A stretch of 55,906 nt of DNA from Leptolyngbyaceae cyanobacterium (lineage in GTDB: Bacteria; Cyanobacteriota; Cyanobacteriia; Phormidesmidales; Phormidesmidaceae), in the NCBI GenBank assembly GCA_050331235.1, contig JBHJHA010000024.1:1-55906 (forward strand). The letters are read 5' to 3'. The position numbers and the translations under genes were made by a program. The notes beneath the pieces are model-generated. The model ran no database searches and had not been told where the DNA came from. It worked only from the letters and a program-made list of their open reading frames with translations. Within the stretch, counting starts at the first letter, position 1; the number at the start of each line of letters is the position of its first letter. Shown here piece after piece: positions 19,933 to 29,160 of this stretch.

Positions 19933-21492
19933 ATGTCGCGGCTTGCGTTGTTGAGCGTCTCAAACAAGACCGGATTGGTCGAGTTAGCCAAGGCCCTCAT
20001 CGAAACCTACGATTACGAAATTGTGAGTAGCGGCGGCACGGCCAATCTCATCGCCCAGGCGGGACTACCTGTTACCAAGGTCTCAGATTTTACTGGCTTT
20101 CCCGAAATTTTAGGCGGCCGCGTCAAAACCCTTCATCCTCGCATCCACGGCGGCATTTTGGGCCGACCGGCGTTGCCGGCAGATGCCGATGAGATGTCCG
20201 TCAACAATATTCGCGCGTTTGATTTGGTTGTGGTCAATCTCTATCCCTTCGAGCAAACGATCGCTCAGCTCGAAGTCACCCTACCAGAAGCCATCGAACA
20301 GATTGATATCGGCGGCCCGACACTACTGCGAGCAGCGGCCAAAAACCATGCTTTTGTCACCGTATTGTGCAACCACGGACAGTACGAGCCCTATCTGCAA
20401 CAACTAGTAGAGCACGACGGGAGTGTCACCCACCCCTTCCGCCAAGAATGTGCCCGGCAGGCCTTTTGGCATACAGCAACCTACGACCAGGCGATCGCCA
20501 CCTACCTCTCTAAAGACGACGACACTGACCATGACGTTGCCGCTGAACTCCCCCAGCGGTGGACCCTCACCGGCACCCAACAGCAGCCGCTCCGCTATGG
20601 CGAAAACCCGCATCAGGCAGCCACCTGGTACCAAACTGGCACGGTATCATCGGGCTGGGCCGCTGCGGATCTGCTCCAGGGGAAACCTCTGAGTTACAAC
20701 AATTTGGTTGATTTAGAAGCCGCCCGTCGCATCATTGCCGAGTTCCCATCCCAAGTTCCCGCCGCCGCGGTCTTAAAGCACACCAACCCCTGCGGAGCCG
20801 CCCAAGGCAAGTCCCTAGCCGAAGCTTATCAAAAAGCCTACGAAGCTGACTCCACCTCAGCCTTTGGCGGCATCGTGGCACTCAACCGCCCGATTGATGA
20901 CGATACCGCCAAAGCCCTTACCCAAACCTTTTTGGAGTGCATTGTCGCTCCGAGCTGCGATGACCAAGCCCGCTCAATTTTGGCTAAGAAGGGCAGTTTG
21001 CGCGTACTGCTACTCGAAGACTTGCTGGCTGGACCTGAGCACACCGTTCGGGCGATCGCTGGCGGCTTTTTGGTCCAGGCAACTGACGATATTCCAGATA
21101 ATCCCTCTGAATGGGAGATTGTCACGGAGGAAAAGCCTGATGCCGACACCCTCGAAGAGCTGTTATTTGCTTGGCGACTCGTCAAACATGTGAAATCTAA
21201 CGCGATCGTGATTACCAAAAATCGCACTACTCTAGGCGTCGGAGCCGGCCAAATGAATCGCGTTGGCGCAGCCAAGATTGCTCTGGATCAAGCTGCCGAT
21301 GGTGCCCAAGGAGCGGTACTGGCCAGCGACGGCTTCTTTCCCTTTGATGACTCAGTGCGCACAGCGGCGGGGGCTGGTATTCGGGCGATTGTGCAGCCTG
21401 GCGGCAGCAAGCGGGACGCAGACTCGATCAAAGCCGCCAACGAACTTGGCGTCGTGATGGCCATGACTGGGATCCGCCACTTTTTACATTAG
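19933..21492 (+). CDS. purH: Bifunctional AICAR transformylase / IMP cyclohydrolase
   Basis: ALLSVSNKTG, GRVKTLHP, IDIGGP, LRYGENPHQ, SDGFFPF, TGIRHFLH. ATG at 19933. Confidence 0.97.
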   Translation: MSRLALLSVSNKTGLVELAKALIETYDYEIVSSGGTANLIAQAGLPVTKVSDFTGFPEILGGRVKTLHPRIHGGILGRPALPADADEMSVNNIRAFDLVVVNLYPFEQTIAQLEVTLPEAIEQIDIGGPTLLRAAAKNHAFVTVLCNHGQYEPYLQQLVEHDGSVTHPFRQECARQAFWHTATYDQAIATYLSKDDDTDHDVAAELPQRWTLTGTQQQPLRYGENPHQAATWYQTGTVSSGWAAADLLQGKPLSYNNLVDLEAARRIIAEFPSQVPAAAVLKHTNPCGAAQGKSLAEAYQKAYEADSTSAFGGIVALNRPIDDDTAKALTQTFLECIVAPSCDDQARSILAKKGSLRVLLLEDLLAGPEHTVRAIAGGFLVQATDDIPDNPSEWEIVTEEKPDADTLEELLFAWRLVKHVKSNAIVITKNRTTLGVGAGQMNRVGAAKIALDQAADGAQGAVLASDGFFPFDDSVRTAAGAGIRAIVQPGGSKRDADSIKAANELGVVMAMTGIRHFLH

Positions 21493-21527
21493 TTCCCAAC
21501 TGACTAAGATCGACAGCTGAAAGGTGG

Positions 21528-22373
21528 TTAGTTGTCTGTCGTCGATTGGGCAGCGCCTGGCGGATTGTCAGCCTCTAAACGAATGGAGTAGCTGCCATCT
21601 TCATTGGGCACGACTGCGCCTCCCAAGGCTTCAATATTTTCCACGGCCACCGCTCTGGTCTTATCATCGGGGGCTGTAGTCAATACCTGGGCCCAGGCGC
21701 CAATCTGCACTTGGGTTTGCACTCCTGGTTGCGCCTGGCTCTGGGCCAAAAAATCAGCCATCCCTAGTAGCGCCGCTTGATTTTGTTGGGCCTCAGGATA
21801 AGGGGACTGACTCGCCCACTCAGCAGCGGTCAAATGAGACGCGATCGCCGCCTCCACGTCATCAAGGAACAACAGTTCGTCAATGCCTTTGTTGCGCCAA
21901 ATTAGATAGCTGCGCGGCGGCAACGTCGGCGTGAGCTGCTGCAACCCTTGTCTTTGCAACTCGACCGCCTGCTGGGGCTGCCCGGCAAAGATCGACACGC
22001 TGCTCGACAGATAGGTGTAGAAAGGGTAGTAATAAGGATCACGGCTCAGGATCACCTCAAAATAATCAGGACTGAGTTCGTAACTGGTGGCTTGGCGAAA
22101 TTCGAAGTTGCCAAAGTATTGCAAGAATCGAAGAAATACCCAATCTGCCACCAGATTATCAAAGCCCAAACTGGGCATGGTTTTGAGCAGCGTCAACAGA
22201 GACTGAACCTCCAGGGCCTGAGCCTCGGCTCGCGGCTCGACCGTATCAGCGGCAGGCGATATCAACTCTCGCAAACGATTGCCTTGTAACCAAGCGACGA
22301 TGCCCAACAAGACCAGCACGCCTAACAGTTGGCCAGCGATCGCCCATTTTTTTGAGGCTTTTGGCTCAGTCAT
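21528..22373 (-). CDS. Conserved hypothetical membrane-anchored protein in the pilA locus
   Basis: N-terminal TM helix and P.LGFDNL.ADW.FL.FLQYFG motif. Co-oriented downstream of pilA and the methyltransferase. Confidence 0.75.
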   Translation of the reverse strand: MTEPKASKKWAIAGQLLGVLVLLGIVAWLQGNRLRELISPAADTVEPRAEAQALEVQSLLTLLKTMPSLGFDNLVADWVFLRFLQYFGNFEFRQATSYELSPDYFEVILSRDPYYYPFYTYLSSSVSIFAGQPQQAVELQRQGLQQLTPTLPPRSYLIWRNKGIDELLFLDDVEAAIASHLTAAEWASQSPYPEAQQNQAALLGMADFLAQSQAQPGVQTQVQIGAWAQVLTTAPDDKTRAVAVENIEALGGAVVPNEDGSYSIRLEADNPPGAAQSTTDN

Positions 22374-22417
22374 AGTCTGTCTAGATTAAGTAGCAGTCGC
22401 AACCATGCCCATAGCGA

Positions 22418-23737
22418 CTATCTAGACTCTAGCAGGACATATCCCGCCGCTTCTAACTCGGTGATGGCTCCGCGCATGGTCTCGAAAGCGGCTTGCGGTT
22501 CGGTCGGCACAGCGGTGATCAAGTCAACCGGCCGAATGGTTAGCCAGCGCCGCACCAGCGCTGCCATAGTCTGCGGTCCGTCGATCAAAGGATATAGACA
22601 GGCGGCGATCGCACTATCAACGGTCACCGGGGTCCCATCGATTTCTAGAAACTTATCGAAGGCGATCGCGCCCAGTTTTCGAGCTCCCGCCGTCAACACT
22701 GCACGAAATTCGGCTCGACAAAGCTGGGGATGAAAATAAACGGTGGCGTTCAGCCACTGTTCATCGGTCCACTCAATTGACGGCAGCGGCAGCGGCCCCG
22801 ACCACGGATGGCCGCAGTAAATATCCAACAGACGGTTGACCGGGTGCAGCAGCTCAAACAAGTAGATTTGTTCCTCGATGGATTTTTCGGCGATCGCAAA
22901 CGCCACCGACATGGGCAATTCTTCAATCCCGGCAAACAGTTTTTCTAAATCCCACTGTCGCCAGTTGACCATGCCGATAAACTCCAGCGCGGCGGCTTTG
23001 AGATGGCTCGAAAATTCTGCCATACTGACACCCTTATCTCCCCGCAGCAAATAGTTAGCGGCCAGTTGTTCATCATCGTGGGCTAGATCAGGCTCCCAAG
23101 TATGCTGCTTAGCCAATACCCAGTTCTGTAATGCAGTCATGGTTTGCCGAGTGGCAGTCAGTGTCTCGGTCGTCAAGTCACTGTTAAGCAACCCCAGCTC
23201 CGCAAAAAACTGCTGCACAAGATATAGCCGAAACCGCTGCGCTGAGCTGTGCATATTGACCCGAATGATGCCAGTCGGTTTCAGCACAGCCTGCATTGCC
23301 TTGAGGCCATCCACCGGATTATCCAATAGGTACAGCACCTCGTCACAGTTGATGTAGTCAAACTGATCGTCTAACTGTGATAGCGATTCGAGCGATAAGC
23401 AATGGAGCTCAACGCGATCAGCCAGTTGATGATGCTCCAAGCGTTGCTGGGCGATCGCAATTGACTTTTCTGACAAATCAACCCCAACAATTTTGGCCTG
23501 GGGATTAGCCAATGCCAGTGCTAGGAGTTTGTATCCCGTACCGCACCCCGCATCCAAAATCACTTTATTACTAGAGTTGATGACCGTTTTATAGCGCCGG
23601 TAGTAAGGAATGACGATATTATTCAGGCCCAAGTAATACAGATCGTCCTGAGGACTCTCCTCTAATGGGCGATAGGGGTAGGGTAGAGCATCAAAATGCT
23701 GCCGGACGCTCTCTCTTTGATGTGCTGGCTGGTTCAT
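22418..23737 (-). CDS. Class I SAM-dependent methyltransferase downstream of pilA
   Basis: ILDAGCGTG, GVDLS, FDYI.C..VL..L..P, LKP.G. Confidence 0.88.
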   Translation of the reverse strand: MNQPAHQRESVRQHFDALPYPYRPLEESPQDDLYYLGLNNIVIPYYRRYKTVINSSNKVILDAGCGTGYKLLALALANPQAKIVGVDLSEKSIAIAQQRLEHHQLADRVELHCLSLESLSQLDDQFDYINCDEVLYLLDNPVDGLKAMQAVLKPTGIIRVNMHSSAQRFRLYLVQQFFAELGLLNSDLTTETLTATRQTMTALQNWVLAKQHTWEPDLAHDDEQLAANYLLRGDKGVSMAEFSSHLKAAALEFIGMVNWRQWDLEKLFAGIEELPMSVAFAIAEKSIEEQIYLFELLHPVNRLLDIYCGHPWSGPLPLPSIEWTDEQWLNATVYFHPQLCRAEFRAVLTAGARKLGAIAFDKFLEIDGTPVTVDSAIAACLYPLIDGPQTMAALVRRWLTIRPVDLITAVPTEPQAAFETMRGAITELEAAGYVLLESR

Positions 23738-23920
23738 TACGTGGATTCGTGCATGGATAAAGATATTTCAGATACTGATGCCAATCAGTAAGAGCACTTT
23801 CATGAGCAATTTTTCGTCAAGCATCAGGAATTGAGGAATCCTTTTGTCTTGTGAAATCAATCGGTCAAGTTATTACCACAGCGATCAAAAACATATTCGC
23901 TGATTTTTCCAATTACAAAA

Positions 23921-23956
23921 GTCGAAAGCCGCCCTATCAATTTAGATAGAGCGGCT
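23921..23956 (-). terminator. Rho-independent terminator of pilA
   Basis: Minus strand reads AGCCGCTCTATC-TAAATT-GATAGGGCGGCT followed by TTCGACTTTT. Confidence 0.7.
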
Positions 23957-24029
23957 GGAAGAAAGCCCATCAAGACAACGAACACAGATAGCAGGGCCTA
24001 ATTATCGTGACAAAATAGCCAAGTCAAAT

Positions 24030-24563
24030 CTAGTTGACAGTCTCGCCACCGTTGCAAGCAAGCGCTCCAGCAGAGCCAGTGACACTGACTTCGAGCGTAT
24101 CGTTGTTTGCGTCAGCCGCAGATTCACGACAGAGAATAGCAGTGGTTTCCTGCTTAGTCGCGTTAGTCGTCAAGTATGAAGCAGCGGCAAAACCTCTAAG
24201 CTTTTTGTTCGCTGCAGGGTCTGCTGTGATCGTCGCATCATCACCGTAACCATTGACAGTGCCAATTGCAAATACATACAGCTCGCTATCTTCATTGATC
24301 CCGACATCCAGCAAGCTGAGAGCGTCTGCAAACGTGTTGTTCTCTAGGTAGTAAGCCTGCTGGTTACGGTTGACTGCACCGAGCGCGTTGGTGGCTTCAG
24401 TCTCGCGAGCACGGTTGGCCTGGTTGAGGAAGGAAGGCAGAGCAATCGCTGCAAGAATACCGATAATGATGATAACCACCAGCAGTTCGATCAGGGTAAA
24501 GCCACCCTCTTTCTTTTTGTCACGCAGGTGCTTGAGCAGGCTGTAAGCAAAGTTCGTTTTCAT
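24030..24563 (-). CDS. pilA: Type IVa major pilin
   Basis: Basic leader, G|FTLIELLVVIIIIGILAAIALP, NR.QQAYY.E and a C-terminal Cys pair. Confidence 0.93.
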   Translation of the reverse strand: MKTNFAYSLLKHLRDKKKEGGFTLIELLVVIIIIGILAAIALPSFLNQANRARETEATNALGAVNRNQQAYYLENNTFADALSLLDVGINEDSELYVFAIGTVNGYGDDATITADPAANKKLRGFAAASYLTTNATKQETTAILCRESAADANNDTLEVSVTGSAGALACNGGETVN

Positions 24564-24628
24564 AGTTTGTTGTTTCTCCTTGAGAAGCCATGGGCGAATG
24601 TGCTGTGTCTAGCTCCATACTGGTTAGC

Positions 24629-24634
24629 CTACCC
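24629..24634 (-). promoter_or_regulatory. Putative SigF-type promoter element GGGTAG upstream of pilA
   Basis: Resembles the GGGTAA/G element of cyanobacterial SigF-dependent pilA promoters; about 65 nt upstream of the ATG. Confidence 0.45.
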
Positions 24635-24731
24635 ACGGGCTTTTAAATTCATATCACTCGCTCACATAATTAGGTTTTTTCTCGCAAAAAGCAATGTCTA
24701 GAGCGAGTCTAAACCGATTTTCTACGGAGCT

Positions 24732-25694
24732 TCACCAAAATAAACGGTCTAGCCACCGCTGCAAAGGCTTGGTGCCTTTAGGCTCGATATATTGAGCATT
24801 CAGCAGATCTTCGAGACGAGTTGCTAAGCGGGTCAGGGCTTGGTCAATGGCGGCACGCTTGGGTCGGGGCTGCGGCTCAAAGGGCAGCGGGGAACCAAAG
24901 CGCAGAGTCAAGCGTTTACGCAGAAACAGCGATCGCGTACCGATAATAGCCACTGGTACAATGGGCACCCCTGATCGCATGGCATAAATCACCGTGCCGC
25001 GCTTGAGGGGACGATGGAGCTGTCCCTCTTGCTCACCCAGCCGTCCCTCAGGAAATAAGAGGAGACCGTCGCCGCGCTGCAAAATGGCCTGTACCGCTTG
25101 ATCAATTTGCCGCATCTGTTTGATCGAGCTGCCGTTGGGCACATCCTGCTGAATGGCGTCAGCCAACGGTCGGAGGTCAGGACGATCGCCCTGAGCCTGT
25201 TCAATAACCGCCACTTCCTCTTTCCACCAGCGCTCTAGGGGAATGACACCCCCGGCTTGTCCGACGATCCATCGTTTCCAACGCTTGTTGTACAGGGTGC
25301 GCGCGTTGTACAGGGTGCGCGCGTCACCCAAGACGTAGTAGTAGGGTCGCGCGGGCACCGATGCCAAAATCAAGAAGAGATCAAGGTGGCTGAGGTGATT
25401 AGCCACCAGGACGACCGGTTCCTGGGGGATATTTTCAGGAAACTCGACTCGCACGCGAAATAGCAGGCGGATAAATCGACGCAGGAGCCAGCGACGAAAG
25501 CCACCACTGACCCGAGTATCAACACGGGTGTCAGCGATCGTTCCGAGTTCCGCGATCGCTGTCTGGGTGCATTGCTGCACTGCCGGATTCCGCGCTGCCG
25601 CCAGCCCCTCCTCCACCCGTTGAATTACCACTGGCGTAAGCTGCACTGCCGTCCCCAGGGAAGGCGACTCAGAATAATTGGAGGGGGCTGACAT
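24732..25694 (-). CDS. Lysophospholipid (1-acyl-sn-G3P) acyltransferase, PlsC family
   Basis: NHLSHLD (HxxxxD), FPEG, GVPIVPVAI.G. Confidence 0.88.
   Translation of the reverse strand: MSAPSNYSESPSLGTAVQLTPVVIQRVEEGLAAARNPAVQQCTQTAIAELGTIADTRVDTRVSGGFRRWLLRRFIRLLFRVRVEFPENIPQEPVVLVANHLSHLDLFLILASVPARPYYYVLGDARTLYNARTLYNKRWKRWIVGQAGGVIPLERWWKEEVAVIEQAQGDRPDLRPLADAIQQDVPNGSSIKQMRQIDQAVQAILQRGDGLLLFPEGRLGEQEGQLHRPLKRGTVIYAMRSGVPIVPVAIIGTRSLFLRKRLTLRFGSPLPFEPQPRPKRAAIDQALTRLATRLEDLLNAQYIEPKGTKPLQRWLDRLFW
25287..25322. repeat. Perfect 18-bp tandem duplication (ARTLYN x2) inside the acyltransferase
   Basis: GTTGTACAGGGTGCGCGC occurs twice in tandem. Confidence 0.95.
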
Positions 25695-25708
25695 GGTGCT
25701 CAGCTCAC

Positions 25709-26683
25709 CTAACGATTGGTCGCATTGATCGCATCTAAGATAGCCTGAGCCCCCTGTCCACGGACTATCCTAGCAAGTGCCGTGCCCATCGCCTCAGCCT
25801 CACTCGGAGCCCCTTGAATCTGCTCTTTGATCAACGTTTGCCCGTCTAAACTTGCGACTAACCCCGTCAGCACCAGCGTCTCCCCGGCTAAGACGGTGTT
25901 GACCCCAATGGGCACCTGACATCCACCTTCCAGTTCCCGTAAAAAAGCTCGCTCAGCCAAACAGCGATGGGCCGTTGTGGCATCCTCCAGCGTCTTAATA
26001 AGATTGAGGATTTCAGGATCGTTGTCTCGACATTCAATCCCCAAAGCCCCTTGGCCCACCGCATGGAGGGAGATTTCAGCCGGGATATGCTGATGGATGC
26101 GATCGCCCATGCCCAATCGTTCTAGCCCAGCCACCGCTAGGATAATGGCGTCGTACTGGCCTTCGTCCAGTTTTCGCAGGCGCGTGTTGAGATTGCCGCG
26201 AATGTCTTTGAAGGTCAGTTGCGGAAAATGGTGCCGCAGTTGGGCCAGCCGTCGGAGCGATGAGGTACCGATGATGGCACCCGCTGGCAAGGTTTCCAGC
26301 TGCTTGTCTTGATGCTTGGTATGCACCACGAGGGCATCAGCAGGATCTTCCCGCTTGGTGATACACCCTAGTATCAATCCCTCGGGCAGACGGGTGGGCA
26401 AATCTTTGAGCGAATGCACCGCGAAGTCGATCGTGCCCTGCAGCATACCGTCTTCGAGCTCTTGGGTGAATAATCCCTTATCCCCAATTTTCGACAGCGA
26501 TACATCTAAAACCTTGTCGCCCTGGGTATCCATTGTCGAAACTTCAAAGGTGAGTTCAGGAAACCGCTTTTGCAACTCATCGCGCACCCAATGGGTTTGT
26601 ACCAGCGCCAGTTGGCTTTTGCGAGACCCAATGCGAACGGTGCGAGTCGGAGCAGTTGTAGAAGTTGAGACCGTTGAAGTCAT
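25709..26683 (-). CDS. hemC: Hydroxymethylbilane synthase (porphobilinogen deaminase)
   Basis: [43 protein letters not shown]. Confidence 0.97.
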   Translation of the reverse strand: MTSTVSTSTTAPTRTVRIGSRKSQLALVQTHWVRDELQKRFPELTFEVSTMDTQGDKVLDVSLSKIGDKGLFTQELEDGMLQGTIDFAVHSLKDLPTRLPEGLILGCITKREDPADALVVHTKHQDKQLETLPAGAIIGTSSLRRLAQLRHHFPQLTFKDIRGNLNTRLRKLDEGQYDAIILAVAGLERLGMGDRIHQHIPAEISLHAVGQGALGIECRDNDPEILNLIKTLEDATTAHRCLAERAFLRELEGGCQVPIGVNTVLAGETLVLTGLVASLDGQTLIKEQIQGAPSEAEAMGTALARIVRGQGAQAILDAINATNR

Positions 26684-26820
26684 GGAAACTTGGCTTGTTA
26701 AAGTCGTCTAGGTATTGATATTGAGCAGAAAAACTGCAAGATCTTAAGACTACCGCAATTATTTCCGCTTTCAATTTTGCACCCCAGACTGTTTACGAAA
26801 GGATAAGGCTGCCCTTAACT

Positions 26821-28137
26821 ATGGCCCACACTGCTTGCTCTGCTTGGCGTCAATGGCTGCTGGCGATCGCCCTCACTGTTACTGGCTGGGGCGCGATGCC
26901 GCTGATCGCTTGGGCGCAGCTATCGCCGGTATTGGTCGATCAATTTTTGTCCGACCCAGAGCTGACCGAACCGCGGGACCCCCTCTTGCCAGAGCTGCCC
27001 GTGGTACGGCCTTTGAGCCCCCTAGAAAAATCAGCCCTTGAGGTCGAACTGGATGAACTGGCGGAAGAAGCCGAAACGCTGTATCAAGCCGGGCGTATTG
27101 AAGCAGCCTTTGAGCTGTGGCTACGGGAGGTCCGCCTGCGCCGAATTTTAGGCTACGAGGCAGAGCTAGAAGCGATTCAGCGGGTGGGGCTCCGCGCCTG
27201 GGAAAACTCTCGCGGAGAAGATGTACAGCTCATCACCTTGCGGCTGCGGCAGATACAGACTGACCTACTGAGCGAAGCCCCCCTCGACATTGAGCGATTG
27301 GAAGAGGTTGTGGCGGCATTTGAAGTATTGCGCGATGTGGATGCTGCTGTGGCTGTTTATGAGACGTTGATCGTCCGGGCAGCCCAAAGGGGCGATCGCG
27401 ACGAGCGCCAGCGGCTCCTAGAAAACCTAGCTAGCCTGCGAGAAAGCTGGTTTCGCTTTGCTGTAGCAGGGGAAACCTACCAGACCCTATTGAACTCTCT
27501 GGACAGCGATGAAAATCTGAAGGAAATTGAATATCTCAAAGGGGCCATTCGTAATTACCAAGATGCGGGTGACTTATCCACCACCATCACCTATCAGCGC
27601 CGACTGGTGCGGCAGTATGAAGCAACCTTACAGCCGCGCCCCATTCCTTCGTTGACTCTAGCGATCGCGCGCAACCTACGGGCGCTAGATAATCTTGATC
27701 AGGCTCAGACCTTCTATTCCACGACTTACACCACGGCCTTAACCCAGGGACAGACCGATGTCGCCAGCGACGCCCTCCAGGACTTGACCGAGCTGTATCT
27801 TGAGCAAGAAAAACTCGCCGACGTAATCTATCTCTATCAACAGCGGATTGCGGTTGAGCGGTTATCCTACAACGGCTATGGTTTGATGCAAACCTTTGAT
27901 CAGCTAGGTCAGTTTTACGAAGCCCAGGCGCAGCCGGAGGCCGCCATCGCCGTATACAAAGAGGCTTTGATTATCGCCGAACATCTGAATTATCGCGACG
28001 GCTATTTCAAGCTGCGCCTACAAAATCTGCTCTATGAGCAAGGACAATTAGACGTGCCTGCCCTCGAACAGCACCAAGCTAGCCCAGTAGGCCCCCTCCA
28101 AGATCCCGACGCCTGGTTGGGGAACGCCCAGCCATGA
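26821..28137 (+). CDS. Exported TPR-repeat protein
   Basis: Signal-peptide-like N-terminus and helical TPR-like repeats. Confidence 0.75.
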   Translation: MAHTACSAWRQWLLAIALTVTGWGAMPLIAWAQLSPVLVDQFLSDPELTEPRDPLLPELPVVRPLSPLEKSALEVELDELAEEAETLYQAGRIEAAFELWLREVRLRRILGYEAELEAIQRVGLRAWENSRGEDVQLITLRLRQIQTDLLSEAPLDIERLEEVVAAFEVLRDVDAAVAVYETLIVRAAQRGDRDERQRLLENLASLRESWFRFAVAGETYQTLLNSLDSDENLKEIEYLKGAIRNYQDAGDLSTTITYQRRLVRQYEATLQPRPIPSLTLAIARNLRALDNLDQAQTFYSTTYTTALTQGQTDVASDALQDLTELYLEQEKLADVIYLYQQRIAVERLSYNGYGLMQTFDQLGQFYEAQAQPEAAIAVYKEALIIAEHLNYRDGYFKLRLQNLLYEQGQLDVPALEQHQASPVGPLQDPDAWLGNAQP

Positions 28138-28181
28138 CTGTTTGGCGACTTTGAACAATTGGGTACTAAGCCGGGCGGTTT

Positions 28182-28769
28182 TCAACCTTGCCGATCTAGT
28201 TCCGCCAGGGCATAACGGGCGATCGCCAAGCTCAACCGAGCCTGTTCAACATCAGACAGATCTTGCCATTCAGACGCCGAGAGGGATTGCACCATGGCAT
28301 CCACAGATTCTTCCTGTCCGCTGCGCATCGCCAACGCCAACGGCCGGGCCATGACTTGCAAATCATCTACCGCCCAATCAGTCAGTATGGTTTGGGTGGA
28401 TACCACTAACTGGTCAATGAGTGCCTGACCATTCCCAGCGACCGCTTGCGCCTGATGGGCAATCTGCTGTAGCAACTGAGCTGGCATCCGCGCCCCAAAC
28501 TTTTGCATCAGGGCAGTTGCCAAAGCCGTGACTGACGACTCTGCCCATAACGCAGTCGCCAATTGAGAAACCTGCGGCCATTGAGAGACTACAGCGTCAT
28601 CCCAATCCGCATCTACCCCTTGCTCCAGCTGATCAACATACTCAGCCGTTTGAGGATCGTAAGGATTCCAGGGATGAGCAGAGGGCTGACTCAAGACTGA
28701 ATGTAGCAGCTCTAGTTCAGCCTGCTGCTGGGGATTAGCGGGAGTGGTGGAATTGGATGACTCATTCAT
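28182..28769 (-). CDS. Hypothetical helical protein, PatU3-like (inferred)
   Basis: HPWNP, MARPLALAMRS, W..LS.VEQARLSLAIARYAL. Lies downstream of the CHAT-FHA gene. Confidence 0.7.
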   Translation of the reverse strand: MNESSNSTTPANPQQQAELELLHSVLSQPSAHPWNPYDPQTAEYVDQLEQGVDADWDDAVVSQWPQVSQLATALWAESSVTALATALMQKFGARMPAQLLQQIAHQAQAVAGNGQALIDQLVVSTQTILTDWAVDDLQVMARPLALAMRSGQEESVDAMVQSLSASEWQDLSDVEQARLSLAIARYALAELDRQG

Positions 28770-29160
28770 AGTTTTGCTCTCAATAAGGGATGCACCGAGT
28801 AAGGGAGTTGGCGCGTGGGCACGATGAACCAGGTGGATAATTGGCTGAAGATAGCTACATTAGCCCTGTCAACAGTTCCGCATAAAACTCAGACAAGTTG
28901 AGATTCTGGAAAACTTCAGTCTGAGGTAGAGATATCAACAGCGCCTGAAATCCCAGCAATTTCGAACAATCAGCAGGATACAGTCCCCCATCGCCCTAAA
29001 CTGGCCCATAGTTTTGCCCACATAGCCTGTAGAGACCTTAACAAAAGTCAGGAGAAAATATCATCACTCCCAAGACAGCGCCTCTCGCCCTTCCGGAAGG
29101 TCGTCATAGCCAAGTCAAATTCGTGACCACATTCACCCTCACCGTCGCCGAGTTCGCCAG

